Origin: an uncultured Blastocatellia bacterium
GTDB lineage: Bacteria; Acidobacteriota; Blastocatellia; HR10
Assembly: GCA_937934295.1 (NCBI GenBank)
Contig: CALHAI010000008.1
Span: 32,998 to 96,997 of the forward strand
DNA length: 64,000 nt
Direction: 5' to 3'
In this document: piece after piece, positions 48,422 through 60,700 of the stretch
Numbering within the stretch: position 1 is the stretch's first letter
How the letters are laid out: each line of letters opens with the position of its first letter
Notes under the pieces: model-generated
What the model saw: the letters and a program-made list of their open reading frames with translations, nothing else
Databases searched by the model: none
Told to the model about the DNA's origin: nothing
Made by a program: the position numbers and the translations under genes

Positions 48422-51400
48422 GGCGTCCCCTCTTCCAAAAGTGCCGCCACTTCCGGATTCGGATTGCGCAATCGCGCCAGATAGGTCGTGCGCGGTCGCG
48501 TGTTCAGTTCAGTCAGGATCCCATAGTTGAGCACATGCGCCTTCAACTGCGCCACACGACTCTCGAGATCGTTCAGATTCCCGAAGACGATCGCCTCAGT
48601 CGGACAGGCCTGCTGACATGCCGTCACGACTTCTCCGTCCCGAATTGCCCGATCCCGCTTCTTCGCCTCGATGCGCGCAGCATTGATCCGCTGCACGCAA
48701 TAGGTGCACTTCTCCATAACGCCGCGACTGCGCACGGTCACATCGGGATTTCGCTGCATCTTCAACGTCTCGGTCGCCCAATCCGCGTAGAGCCGGAAAT
48801 TGAACCGGCGGACCTTGTACGGGCAATTGTTCGAACAGTAGCGCGTCCCCACGCACCGATTGTAGGTCATCTGGTTCAAGCCCTCGTGGCTGTGAACCGT
48901 CGCCCCCGTCGGACACACGACCTCGCACGGCGCATGGTCACAATGCATGCAGAGGACGGGTTGATGGTAGATGTCCGGACGCTCCAGATCGCGCCCCTCG
49001 AAATATCGGTCGATACGAATCCAGTGCATCTCGCGCCCGATCTTCACCTCGCGCTTCCCGACGACGGGGATGTTGTTCTCCGCCTGACAGGCGATGACGC
49101 AGGCATTGCACCCGATGCAGGCGTTCAGGTCAATGACCATACCCCAGGAGTAACCGTCATATCGATGCTCGGGATAAAGCGTGAGATCGGGCGGCGGATC
49201 CTGTCCCAACTCTTTGGCGAACCGGGGATTCTCCCGATACTCGCCAAGCGTCGCCGTGCGCACCAGATGCCGCCCCTCCATGCTGTGATGATCCTGCGTG
49301 CTGACGAGCTCATGACGGCGATGGGTTCGGCGAATCTCAACCCCCACCTCAAACCACGGCGCCCCCGACGTGCGCAGACGATAGGCGTTGAATCCCAAAT
49401 GCGATCCCACGCGTCCGGCACGCCACCGCCCATAGCCGAGATGCACCGTCACCGTCTCCACCGCCTGCCCCGGCAGGATCCACACCGGGGCGAGCACCTG
49501 ACGATCTCCACGCCGCAGCTCGACGACCTCTCCATTCTTCACCCCTAAGCGTTCGGCCAACGTCGGCGCAATTATCGCCGCGTTATCCCACGTCAGCTTC
49601 GTGAGTGGCTTCGGCAACTCCTGCAACCACCCGTTATTCGCAAAGCGTCCATCCCAGACGGTCGGATCCGGACGGAAGACGATCTCGATCCCTTCGGGCG
49701 CGCGCGCCGGCCGCTTCGCCAGCTCCGCCGCGATCGCCGCCCATTGCACGGAGACCGAAACGGGCGGAAGGCTCGTCCCGGAGACCACCCCCTCATGCAG
49801 CGCCATTCGCCAAAACGTCTGGAAATCGGAGAATCCTCCGACTTGGCCCGCTTCGAACTGCTGCTGCCAATACGCGCGCACGATCTCGTAGCCAGGGCGT
49901 TCCGCCTCTCCAAGGAGCGCGGCCAGAACTTCGTGCGCCGACCGCGTCTCGTGAAGCGGCGCAATGAGCGGTTGCATGATGGTGACCGTCCCATCTGGCG
50001 CGCGCCCGTCGCTCCAAGCCTCCAGGAAATGACTCTCCGGGAGATGCCAGTGGCAGAGCTGCGCCGTCTCATCCGCATATTGCCCGAGATGGACGCGCAG
50101 ACGAACGCGGTTCATCCGCTCGGCGAAATCGAGATCGGCCGGCGCCGTGTACGCCGGATTCGCCCCCACGATGAACAGAGCATCCACGCGCCCGGCCTCC
50201 ATATCTTCGGCCAGCTCCCGAAGCGACGCCATGTGCTGGATCGGCTCTGCTTCCACAGGCTCAGTATAGATGACCGTTCGTCCGACATTTCCCAAAGCTT
50301 GGTTCAGCGCATGCCCGAGCGCGTGCACAAGCGGCGGCTGCGTCTCCCCAACGAGCACGAGGCTCTCTCCGCGATGCTGATCGAGATCGCGCGCGAGCGC
50401 CTCCACAAGGCGCGGATCAATACCGAGGGACGCCAGGTCTGGCTCCGGCACTTCCAGCCCCAATCGTCGCGCGAGCGCCCGCGCGATCGACTCGATCGCA
50501 CTCGCTCGCACGGGGAACCGATGATCGGCCATCGCGCCCGTCAGCGAAGGCGTGCTCTCAAACACGTAGAGGCGATTCCACTCGGTCGGTTCAGTCTCCG
50601 CACGCCGTCGCAGGATGAACTCGCGCGCCTGCCGAAGATGGTTCGGCCCCCAGGCCAGAAAATCCGCCTCCAGCGAGAGCATCACGCGCGCCTCCTGCAG
50701 GCGATAGTGCGTCTCGACGAAGCGACCGAAAGCCAGACGCGCTCCCGCCTTCTGATGATCCCGCGAGACGGGCTCATACTGATGCCATCGGGCTTCGGGA
50801 AAGAGGGTGAGCACCTGTCGCACTTGATCCGCGAGCGTCGGCGAGGTCACCGTCTCCGTCAGAATGCGCATGCCAGCTCCGCGCGTCGCTTGCCATCGCT
50901 CCCGCTCGATGGCCAACGCCCCCCAGAAAGCTGCCCACGTATGAATTCCCCCACGATACAAGACGACTTGCGAACGGTCGGGATCGTAGAGCGTGAGAAT
51001 CGCAGCTTGCGCGAAGACGTCCGTTGCGCCCAAGCTCGCCGGATGCTGCGGATTCCCTTCGATCTTGGTCGGCCGCCCCATGTGACTCTCGACAAGAAGG
51101 CCGGCGGCGAATCCCCCAAACGTCATCGCCGTCGCATAGAAGAGCGGCCGGCCCGGAACGACCTCCTCCGGCGCTCGCGTGTAGGGGAAGATCTGCTCGG
51201 TCGGCTGCCGCGTGCATGCCGAAGAGAGCCCCGCGAGTGCAAGCGACGCTCCCATCAGCTTCAAGAACGTGCGCCGATCGACTTCCGCCGGAGCCGGCGT
51301 CGGAAACTCGCCTTCCAAGAATCGAACGAACGCCGGATCCCCCGCTAACTCCTCCAAGCTCCTCCAGAAGACCCGACCACGCTGCTTGGCCAAACGCTCC

Positions 51401-51453
51401 CGCAACGCGGCCATGCCCCACGATGCTTCGCTTCCCTTCTCCACCACCGCCAT
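48418..51453 (-). CDS. actB: Alternative complex III subunit ActB (molybdopterin-oxidoreductase-like domain plus Fe-S domain)
   Basis: WRSLEEL, Tat-like [30 protein letters not shown], Fe-S motifs CIGCNAC..AC, CMHC..APC...C, CVGTRYC..NC. Start is approximate. Confidence 0.94.
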   Translation of the reverse strand: MAVVEKGSEASWGMAALRERLAKQRGRVFWRSLEELAGDPAFVRFLEGEFPTPAPAEVDRRTFLKLMGASLALAGLSSACTRQPTEQIFPYTRAPEEVVPGRPLFYATAMTFGGFAAGLLVESHMGRPTKIEGNPQHPASLGATDVFAQAAILTLYDPDRSQVVLYRGGIHTWAAFWGALAIERERWQATRGAGMRILTETVTSPTLADQVRQVLTLFPEARWHQYEPVSRDHQKAGARLAFGRFVETHYRLQEARVMLSLEADFLAWGPNHLRQAREFILRRRAETEPTEWNRLYVFESTPSLTGAMADHRFPVRASAIESIARALARRLGLEVPEPDLASLGIDPRLVEALARDLDQHRGESLVLVGETQPPLVHALGHALNQALGNVGRTVIYTEPVEAEPIQHMASLRELAEDMEAGRVDALFIVGANPAYTAPADLDFAERMNRVRLRVHLGQYADETAQLCHWHLPESHFLEAWSDGRAPDGTVTIMQPLIAPLHETRSAHEVLAALLGEAERPGYEIVRAYWQQQFEAGQVGGFSDFQTFWRMALHEGVVSGTSLPPVSVSVQWAAIAAELAKRPARAPEGIEIVFRPDPTVWDGRFANNGWLQELPKPLTKLTWDNAAIIAPTLAERLGVKNGEVVELRRGDRQVLAPVWILPGQAVETVTVHLGYGRWRAGRVGSHLGFNAYRLRTSGAPWFEVGVEIRRTHRRHELVSTQDHHSMEGRHLVRTATLGEYRENPRFAKELGQDPPPDLTLYPEHRYDGYSWGMVIDLNACIGCNACVIACQAENNIPVVGKREVKIGREMHWIRIDRYFEGRDLERPDIYHQPVLCMHCDHAPCEVVCPTGATVHSHEGLNQMTYNRCVGTRYCSNNCPYKVRRFNFRLYADWATETLKMQRNPDVTVRSRGVMEKCTYCVQRINAARIEAKKRDRAIRDGEVVTACQQACPTEAIVFGNLNDLESRVAQLKAHVLNYGILTELNTRPRTTYLARLRNPNPEVAALLEEGTP

Positions 51454-51458
51454 CCCCC

Positions 51459-52118
51459 TCACCGATGGCACACGGAGCAATCCGTCAATTTCTCCGGCCG
51501 ATCAATCCCGTACTCTCGAACGAGCCGTCGTCCCAGCTCCCGCTGATCCTCGCGCGGCGCCCAATCCGTGCGGAAGACATACTCGCGCGGACGGACGTAC
51601 AGCTCCGGCTGCCGATGACACTCCAGGCACCACTCCATGTGCAATGTGCTCGCCTTCCATACCAACGGCATCTCGTCTACCGGACCATGACAGGTGACGC
51701 AGGCGACGCCCTGCTTCACATGGATCGAATGGTCGAAGTAGACGAAATCCGGCAGATCGTAGACGCGCGTCCACGGGATCGGCCGATTCGTGCGCCAGCT
51801 CTCGCGTACGGGCTCCAACATGGGGCTCGTCGCATGAATCTGCGAATGGCAGGTCATACAGGTCTCCGTCGGTGGAATCCCAGCGAAACGACTCTCCTCG
51901 ACCGATGTATGGCAGTAACGGCAATCAATGCCGAGCTGCTTCACATGATGTTTATGACTGAACGGAACAGGTTGCTCCCGCGCTACACCCACCTGCGTCA
52001 CATAAGGGGACCGATTGAGCGCCGCCAATGCCCACGTCACTGCCGCAATGATGAACACGGCGCCGAGAATGCTCACCCTCGCGATAAGATTCGTGCTGCG
52101 ATGGAAGATCTGTGCCAT
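51459..52118 (-). CDS. actA: Alternative complex III subunit ActA (pentaheme cytochrome c)
   Basis: N-terminal TM and five CxxCH motifs (CRYCH, CMTCH, CVTCH, CLECH, CSVCH). Confidence 0.94.
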   Translation of the reverse strand: MAQIFHRSTNLIARVSILGAVFIIAAVTWALAALNRSPYVTQVGVAREQPVPFSHKHHVKQLGIDCRYCHTSVEESRFAGIPPTETCMTCHSQIHATSPMLEPVRESWRTNRPIPWTRVYDLPDFVYFDHSIHVKQGVACVTCHGPVDEMPLVWKASTLHMEWCLECHRQPELYVRPREYVFRTDWAPREDQRELGRRLVREYGIDRPEKLTDCSVCHR

Positions 52119-52614
52119 ACGAAGGCTTTACCCACTGGCCACACTATGCTCTCTGTCCGTCTCCTCCGCGCTCACGACCTCCCACACCGATGACATCTAT
52201 GAGACGCCCCGCTGAATTAAGCGGGATTTTACCCGAGAACGCTCAATTTGGCAACGGGCAAAAGCGCCAAACCTTGGGACATGGACACGACCCGATCTGA
52301 ACGAGATCTCTCCCTGATCAGGACCGATCCCGGTCAGAACGTTGGGCGACCGCACTCATAGTGGGCTGCTGTGCTCTTACACTGTTCCGCGCGAACCATG
52401 TGGGCTTCCTGAAGTACGATCTGAGATCGGGGGCCTCAGCCAAAGCCCGAGAGGGAGATGGGCGATTTGTGATCCGAGCCCTCAGGACCTGGAGGCGTCA
52501 TCACTCGTACAGGGTGGGAGCGGAGCCACTTGCTTGGATGAGTCCCGGGCAGAATGGGGATTCGGTTCGTGTTCCCCGATTTGGGGATCGTCCGCATCTG
52601 CGGGCTCCTCCTTC

Positions 52615-52643
52615 TTGACCGGCCATCGAGCGTCCTCTATCCT
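52615..52643 (+). promoter_or_regulatory. sigma70 promoter of kdsB
   Basis: TTGACC (52615-20), N17, TATCCT (52638-43), followed 7 nt later by GTG 52651. Confidence 0.6.
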
Positions 52644-52650
52644 CCACAAC

Positions 52651-53433
52651 GTGGCGCGCGAGCGTGTCGTCGTCGTCATCCCAGTGCGATATGCCTCGCA
52701 GCGGCTGCCGGGGAAACCGCTTCTGGAGATCGGCGGACGCCCGATGATCTTGCACGTATACGAACGGGCCCGGCGCGTCCCACGCGTCGAACGCGTCCTG
52801 GTGGCGACCGATGATGAGCGGATCGCCGACGTCGTGCGGCGAGCTGGTGGAGAAGCGCTCCTGACTTCTCCGCACCACCGGAGCGGAACCGAACGCGTGG
52901 CCGAAGCGGCCATGCATTTGGAGGCCGAGATCATCGTCAACCTGCAGGGTGATGAGCCGCTCATCGAACCCGCGGTGATCGCGGCGGCTCTTGAGCCCGT
53001 GCTTGCCGATCCCAATATCCTCATGGCGACGACGAGCGAACCCATGGAGAGCACCCAAGAGGTCCTCAATCCGAATGTCGTCAAAGTCGTCACCGATCGC
53101 GAGGGGTTCGCCCTCTACTTCTCCCGACAGCCGATCCCATGGCCACGCGAGGCCGTCCGACGATCGGGCTCGCTTGAGGCGGCGCTTCACGCCGACCCCT
53201 CACTGCTTGGGCTCTATCGTCGGCACACAGGCCTGTACGTCTATCGGCGCGAGTTGCTGCAGCAATGGGCGGCGTGGCCCCCGACGCCTCTTGAAGAGGC
53301 CGAACAATTGGAGCAGCTCCGCGCTGTGGAACATGGCGTTCGGATCAAGGTCGTGCCCGTCACCGAACGCTCCATCGGCGTGGACACGCCGGAGGACCTC
53401 AACCGTGTGCGCGCCTTGATCGCGAGGAGATGA
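52651..53433 (+). CDS. kdsB: 3-deoxy-manno-octulosonate cytidylyltransferase (CMP-Kdo synthetase)
   Basis: IPVRYASQRLPGKPL, SGTER, VNLQGDEP, NVVKVV, LYFSR, HTGLYVY, EQLEQLR, GVDTPEDL. Confidence 0.95.
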   Translation: MARERVVVVIPVRYASQRLPGKPLLEIGGRPMILHVYERARRVPRVERVLVATDDERIADVVRRAGGEALLTSPHHRSGTERVAEAAMHLEAEIIVNLQGDEPLIEPAVIAAALEPVLADPNILMATTSEPMESTQEVLNPNVVKVVTDREGFALYFSRQPIPWPREAVRRSGSLEAALHADPSLLGLYRRHTGLYVYRRELLQQWAAWPPTPLEEAEQLEQLRAVEHGVRIKVVPVTERSIGVDTPEDLNRVRALIARR

Positions 53434-53482
53434 AGCCGCAACTCCGTCACCGGCGCGCCGCGGCTTCGACCGCAGGGGCGAC

Positions 53483-53511
53483 TGGACAGAATGGGGGAGT
53501 CGTGGTATCCT
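53483..53511 (+). promoter_or_regulatory. Promoter of tRNA-Arg
   Basis: TGGACA, N17, TATCCT with an extended-10 TG. Confidence 0.55.
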
Positions 53512-53531
53512 TGCGCACGGGTGCTGGAGGT

Positions 53532-53608
53532 GCACCCGTAGCTCAGTTGGATAGAGCGTCGGACTACGAATCCGAAGGCCGCAGGTTCAAGTCCTGCCGG
53601 GTGCACCA
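53532..53608 (+). tRNA. tRNA-Arg (anticodon ACG)
   Basis: 77 nt. Acceptor GCACCCG/CGGGTGC, D-loop AGTTGGATA, anticodon arm TCGGA-CTACGAA-TCCGA, T-loop TTCAAGT, encoded CCA. Confidence 0.97.
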
Positions 53609-53714
53609 TCGAAATCGTTCCGCGTATGCAGAAGGCTTATCTCGATGTTTTTGGTCTCGTGGCCCCCTTGATCCCCAGCCCGGAGACTGGCCCAGCGTCA
53701 TGAGCTCTTGATGA

Positions 53715-55238
<1,524 letters not shown>

Positions 55239-55248
55239 GACGGGGGCG

Positions 55249-55665
55249 ATGAGGGGAAAGATCAAATTGGAAGTCGTGACCCCCGAGCGCTTGGTGCTCG
55301 AAGAATGGGTGGATGAGGTCACGGTCCCCGGCCTCGGAGGCGAGTTGGGCATTCTTCCCGAGCACACGTATCTGCTGAGCTTGCTGCAGACGGGGATCGT
55401 GAGCTATCGGGTTGGGAACGAGCGGCACCTGCTCGCCGTACGCGGGGGGTACGTGGAGGTGCTCCCCGACAAAGTGACCATCCTCGCCGATACAGCGGAG
55501 CGTCCCGAGGAGATCGACGTCGAGCGCGCGCGCCGCTCACGCGAACGCGCGCTGCGCGAGATGCGACAGAGCACGAGCGAAATCGAATTCCTGCGCGCTC
55601 AGGCTCGTTTGCAACGGGCGCTCGTGCGCTTGCGCGTCGCTGGAAAAGGTCTCGAGGAGGAGTGA
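55249..55665 (+). CDS. atpC: F1 ATP synthase epsilon subunit
   Basis: LEVVTPER, GELGILPEH, GGYVEV...VTILADTAE..EEID.ERA. Confidence 0.95.
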   Translation: MRGKIKLEVVTPERLVLEEWVDEVTVPGLGGELGILPEHTYLLSLLQTGIVSYRVGNERHLLAVRGGYVEVLPDKVTILADTAERPEEIDVERARRSRERALREMRQSTSEIEFLRAQARLQRALVRLRVAGKGLEEE

Positions 55666-55668
55666 CCC

Positions 55669-56736
55669 CTACAGGATATATCCGCGCCGATGACGGATGC
55701 GAAGGCCCTTGCGCGTCGGAACGCGGATCTCGATTTGTCGGAATCGTCCATCGGGAGTAGGATCGGAAGGGTAATAGGCGACCAAGTATTGACTCCGCAA
55801 TTCGGTCTCAATCTCTCGAAAGGCGCGCGCCAGATCCTCGGCATTCCTCGGGAAATAAGCACGTCCGCCCGTCTCCTGCGTCAGCCGTCGAAGCACGCTG
55901 CTATTGATCCCGAACCGATACCGATCGCCAATGCCGATGGCGTAAATGGTCGCTTCCGCGCGCAGCGCCTCGGCGATGGCTTCGGGAAGCTGATACAGGC
56001 TCGTCGTGTCCTCGCCATCGGTGAGCAAGAGGATCATGCGGCGTCCCGGTTGCTTGGCCAGAAGCTCGCGCGCCGCGAGCACGATCGCATCGTAAAGCGA
56101 CGTGCCGCCGAAGCGCGGATCGCGCCCCGTCGGCGGCGTATAGCGCACGCGGTTCAACGCCGCTTCCAGTCGCGAGACCGTGGATGTGAAATCCTCGATG
56201 AGCCGCACCTCGTCGCGGAACGCGACGATGGCGACGACGTCCTTTCCCGGACGCACGATGGAGCGGATGAACCGCATGGCCGCCGCCTTCTCCTCCGGCA
56301 AGGTGTATTGCTGACTCGCACTGACATCAATGAGCAGCGCGATCGTCAGCGGCAGGTCCGTTTGGCGCACGAAGGTGAAGATCTCCTGCTCCCGGCCATC
56401 CTCGAAGACTCGCACGTCTCCACGTTGAAGATCAGTGACGATGGCACGACGCCGATCGGTGGCTGTGAAGAAGACGTTGACCAGCCGAGCGCTCAAATGC
56501 ACCGGCTCATCCGGCTCCGCAGCGATCGCGCGCTTGGGCTTCTGCGCAGAGCGATCGCCGAAGTCGCGAGGGACGCTCTCCTGAACCCCACCTTCCCCAA
56601 CGCCCGATCGGCCCACGAGCGGCGACGGAGAGGCCAGCGCGAGCCCAAGTCCGATGAGGAGAAAGCCGATCGCGAGGCGACGTCTCCCTCGCCTCTCAAA
56701 GCGAAGCATGAAATCGCAGCCTGACATCTCGCTCAC
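55669..56736 (-). CDS. Acidobacterial-type VWA-domain protein (signal/TM-anchored)
   Basis: LVNVFFTATD, F.VFEDG.EQ.I, MIDAS DVSAS, TSLYDAI, LTDGED, ETGGRAYF, ELRSQY. The start may be 56709. Confidence 0.9.
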   Translation of the reverse strand: MSEMSGCDFMLRFERRGRRRLAIGFLLIGLGLALASPSPLVGRSGVGEGGVQESVPRDFGDRSAQKPKRAIAAEPDEPVHLSARLVNVFFTATDRRRAIVTDLQRGDVRVFEDGREQEIFTFVRQTDLPLTIALLIDVSASQQYTLPEEKAAAMRFIRSIVRPGKDVVAIVAFRDEVRLIEDFTSTVSRLEAALNRVRYTPPTGRDPRFGGTSLYDAIVLAARELLAKQPGRRMILLLTDGEDTTSLYQLPEAIAEALRAEATIYAIGIGDRYRFGINSSVLRRLTQETGGRAYFPRNAEDLARAFREIETELRSQYLVAYYPSDPTPDGRFRQIEIRVPTRKGLRIRHRRGYIL

Positions 56737-57680
56737 GAAGCCTGAGGCGCTTTATACCCGCGCTTGGTGCGCGCCCGTAGGTCCTTGCGGCCGGAGATGC
56801 GCACTTCGATCTTGCGGAATCGCCCATCGCGATTCTGATTGCTGGAGACGTAGAAGAGGAAGTACTGGCTGCGCAATTCCGTGCTGATGTCGGAGAAATT
56901 GCGTTCCAGATCGAGCGCTTTCTGGGGGAAGAAGGCGCGGCCACCGGTCTCCTCAGCGATACGCCGCAATTCCTTCGTCCCTGGGGCGTCCACCATCCCC
57001 ATCGTCACCCCGAAGCCGCCGGCATGGGCCGTTCCAATGGCATAGATGACGACCTCATGGCGCTGCGCCAGCTCGATGACTTCCTCCAACGTGCGTTCAC
57101 TCGCATTATCCTCCCCATCGGAGATGAGGACGAGGACGCGACGCCCCGACGCCATCACCATCTTCTCCTCGATCACGCGATAGAGGGCATCGTAAAGCGG
57201 CGTGGCTCCCCCGGCCTTCACGGCCTGGATCGCCGCCTTCAAATCCTCCACATCATCGGTGAAGTCCTGATGCAGCTCGATCACCGAACCGAAAGTGACA
57301 AAGAGCGCGCGATCTCTCTTCGGGCGGATGATCCCATCGAGGAACGCGATCGTCGCCTCCTTCTCGAACTTCAACTTCGGGCGAACGCTGTTGCTGGTGT
57401 CCATGACCAACGCGACGCTGAGTGGGAGCTCGTTCTCCTTGGAGAAGGAGAGAATGCGCTGCGGGACGCCATCCTCGCGCACCTCGAAATCCTCGACCGT
57501 GAGGTCGGTCACCAAGCGGCCATCCTTATCATAGACCGTGACCGGCAGGTTGACGCCGATCGTGCCCAGCCGCACTTCCTCCTGAGGCGGAGAGGCCGTT
57601 GGCGATGGGTGCTGTGAGAAGACGGGTCCACTTCCGATCGTGATGAGAACGGCGAGTGTACCGATCAGTCGCCAGCTCAT
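56733..57680 (-). CDS. Acidobacterial-type VWA-domain protein (secreted)
   Basis: Signal peptide, MIDAS DTSNS, TPLYDAL, ISDGED, ETGGRAFF, ELRSQY, RARTKRGY. Confidence 0.9.
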   Translation of the reverse strand: MSWRLIGTLAVLITIGSGPVFSQHPSPTASPPQEEVRLGTIGVNLPVTVYDKDGRLVTDLTVEDFEVREDGVPQRILSFSKENELPLSVALVMDTSNSVRPKLKFEKEATIAFLDGIIRPKRDRALFVTFGSVIELHQDFTDDVEDLKAAIQAVKAGGATPLYDALYRVIEEKMVMASGRRVLVLISDGEDNASERTLEEVIELAQRHEVVIYAIGTAHAGGFGVTMGMVDAPGTKELRRIAEETGGRAFFPQKALDLERNFSDISTELRSQYFLFYVSSNQNRDGRFRKIEVRISGRKDLRARTKRGYKAPQAS

Positions 57681-57728
57681 AGGACGATCTCATTGTAGGC
57701 GGGTGCGCGCGCTTCTGTCAAACTCGGA

Positions 57729-60700
57729 TCAGATCGCGCGCTCAGGACAGAAGCCCGCGCACGGACAACGCCGACACCGAGCGGGATCGGGACGCGCCAG
57801 AAAGTCCGCCAGCGTTCGAGCCCGCGCGATCTCTTCGGTCAAACGTCCCAGGAGCGCCGCCGTCTCGTCGAAGGCCTCCACCGGCACAGGCACGCGCACA
57901 TCGGGATCGAGGAAATAGAGCTCCGCGCGAACCGCACGTGGCCGCCACGCTTGCTGGACGGCGAGCGCGTAGATCTGCATTTGCAGCGCGTACTCTTCGA
58001 CGAGCGCCCCGAGGTCTTCACCGACGCGATTCGTCTTGAAGTCGATGATCCACGCCGTCCCCTCCTTGGTCCAGATCACCGTATCCAATCGTCCCCGCAC
58101 AATCCCCCACGCCGTGCGGTAGAGGACTTCCCGCTCGCTCTCGACGCGCCCCGGCTCCTCCCCCCACAGGATCGCCTCGATCGTGCGATAGAGGTCGCTC
58201 CGTACATAAGTCTCAACGAGCGGGCGCACATCTCTCAGAACTTTCTCCCGATACACACGCGCGCGTTCATCCCATGACGCTTCGATCTCCAGCTCCGCCG
58301 CTTGAGCAGTCCCGGCCGACACTCCCCTCAACACGTCGGACTCCCTGATGACCATCTCCTCGACGAGGCGATCGAGCACAACTTCCCACGGTTCCGATCC
58401 GTCGTACTCTTCGCAAAAGCGATGGACGATGCGTCCGCGAAGTATCGAAGGAATGCGCTCCGCCGAGAGCGCCATGGCATCCTCGACTTCGTCCCACGCC
58501 GGCAGGTTGAGGACGCTCTCGAAATAAAACCGCAGCGGACAGCGATGGAACGCGAGCACGCGCGTGACGGTGATCGGGGAGACGTGCGCGCTCACATCCA
58601 CCGGAGGAGGAGCCAGACGATGCCGCACGCGCTCCATCACTGCGCGCTGGCTCTCGGAGAGCGGAGGCAGAAGCGACGGAGCAATGGGTTCGCCGCGCTC
58701 AAGTTGCGGATAGCGAGCGATCAACATCCCCGAAGCGGCCGCTTCCCTTTCGCGAGCTTCCCCCGTGCCCCGAGTGATCCGAATCTTCACGCCGTTCCAC
58801 TCGTACTCCTCGGGAAGCGTTTCGACGTCCGAGAGCCCTAAGACGCGCACGATCCATTCGAGCCAGCTCGCTCCGGGAAGGAGAGACGCCGCCTCGGCGC
58901 CTTCCTCTCGAACGCCGAGCCGCTCGGTAGCGCCAGAGAGAATGAGGTAATCGCGCGCGCGCGTCATCGCGACGAAGAGCAATCGTTGGTGCTCGAAATA
59001 CTCGCGAAGCTGAAGGACTTCGAGAACGCGCCGTCGCGACCACGTCTCGTGAAGCCGCCCGCGGTGATCCGGGACTTTCACCCCGATGCCCGCAGCGCGG
59101 TCGAAGACCACAGGCGGCGCGTCCCTTCGGAAGGGGCGCCCCAAGTCCGGGATGATGACGACGGGAAACTCCAGGCCCTTAGCCTTATGCACGGTCATCA
59201 CCCGCACCGCATCGGCAGCCTCAGTTGTCACCTGGGCCTCGCTCTCCTCAGCCATCTCCGCGAATTGCTGGACGAAGGCCGTGAAATCGCTGAGCGCATG
59301 TGGTCCACTCGCGTCAAATCCGCGCGCCAGCTCGATGAGTTTTCGGATATTGGCCACGCGCTGATGGCCATCGAAGGCCGTCGCTTGAATGGCGTCAAAC
59401 TGCGTGAGCGCGAGGATCTCCTGGAGCAACTCCACCAGAGAGAGCCGATCCCGCAGATGAAGGAGGTGCGCGAGCACCTCAGCCGCCCGAGCGACGCGCG
59501 GGCGCTCTTCCGCTGCGATCCCCCACACGCGCTCGTGATGTCGCAAGCTCGTCAGAAGCGGATGGGGATCGAGCCATCCCTCGCCCGACGCCTCTGCCGC
59601 TTGCCGCAGCCAGAAGAGCGTCTCATCCGAGAGGCCGAAAAGCGGTGAGCGCAAGGCTGCGGCGAGGGCCAACTCATCGGTCGTATTCGCCAGGAATTGG
59701 AGCAGCGAGAGGAGGTCTCGAATCTCCTCGCGCTCGTAGAAACCACGCCCCGCGAGCACATAGTACGGAATGCCCCGTTCGCGCAGAGCGCGCTCGTAGA
59801 CCTTCACGTCGGTCATCGCGCGAAAGAGCAGCGCCACATCGCCGTAGCGGACCGCGCGCATGTGCTCGCGCCCTCCTTCCACCTCCTCTCCCACGAGCCG
59901 CTCGCCCTCGCGCACCATGCGCGCGATGCGCTCGGCCAACCGCTGCGCCTCCCATCGGCGTGCGTCCTCCGCCGTGCGGACATGCGGGCCAATCTCCAGA
60001 AGCAACTCGATGGGCGTCGCCACGTTCCCCTCGCGCTGCGCCACGCTCTCGACAAAGGACGTTCGCCCTAAGGCTTCGAGCAGCTCTGCCGGCCACGCGT
60101 CCTCCTCCACACGCATGAGGCGGGAGAAGAACGCGTTGAAGAAGCGCACAAGCCCGGCCGTGCTCCGAAAATTGCGCTCTAACTCGATGTGCGCGCCGCC
60201 TTGCTCCTGCAACTCTCGCTGCGCTCTCAGAAAGACTTCGACAGCCGCCCCGCGAAAGTTGTAGATGGACTGCTTGGCATCGCCGACGATGAAGAGCTTG
60301 GGCCAATCCCCACCTCCCCGCAAGAGATCAATGATCTCCTTCTGCAAGGCATTCGTGTCTTGGAACTCATCCACAAGGAGGAACTTGACCTCTCGTCGGA
60401 GAGAGGCTGCGATCGCAGCCTGTGTGCGAAGCAACTCGCGCGCTTTCCACTGCAGATCCTCGTAATCAAGACCGACCACTTCCCGCTTGAGCGCCGTGTA
60501 GCGTTCGTCAACGTGCTGCAAGAGGCGACCCAGCGCGGCGATCACCTCCCCTGCGCTCGCGTCATAGAACGTCAGCTCGATCTCCTCCAAACAGGCCTCC
60601 ACGTCTGCGGCCAGCTCGCTCATGCGCCCGCGCTTCTCGACCCGTGCGTCTCGCAGCGCCCGCAAACACTCTTCCAAGACGGGCGCATCCTCGATCCGCG

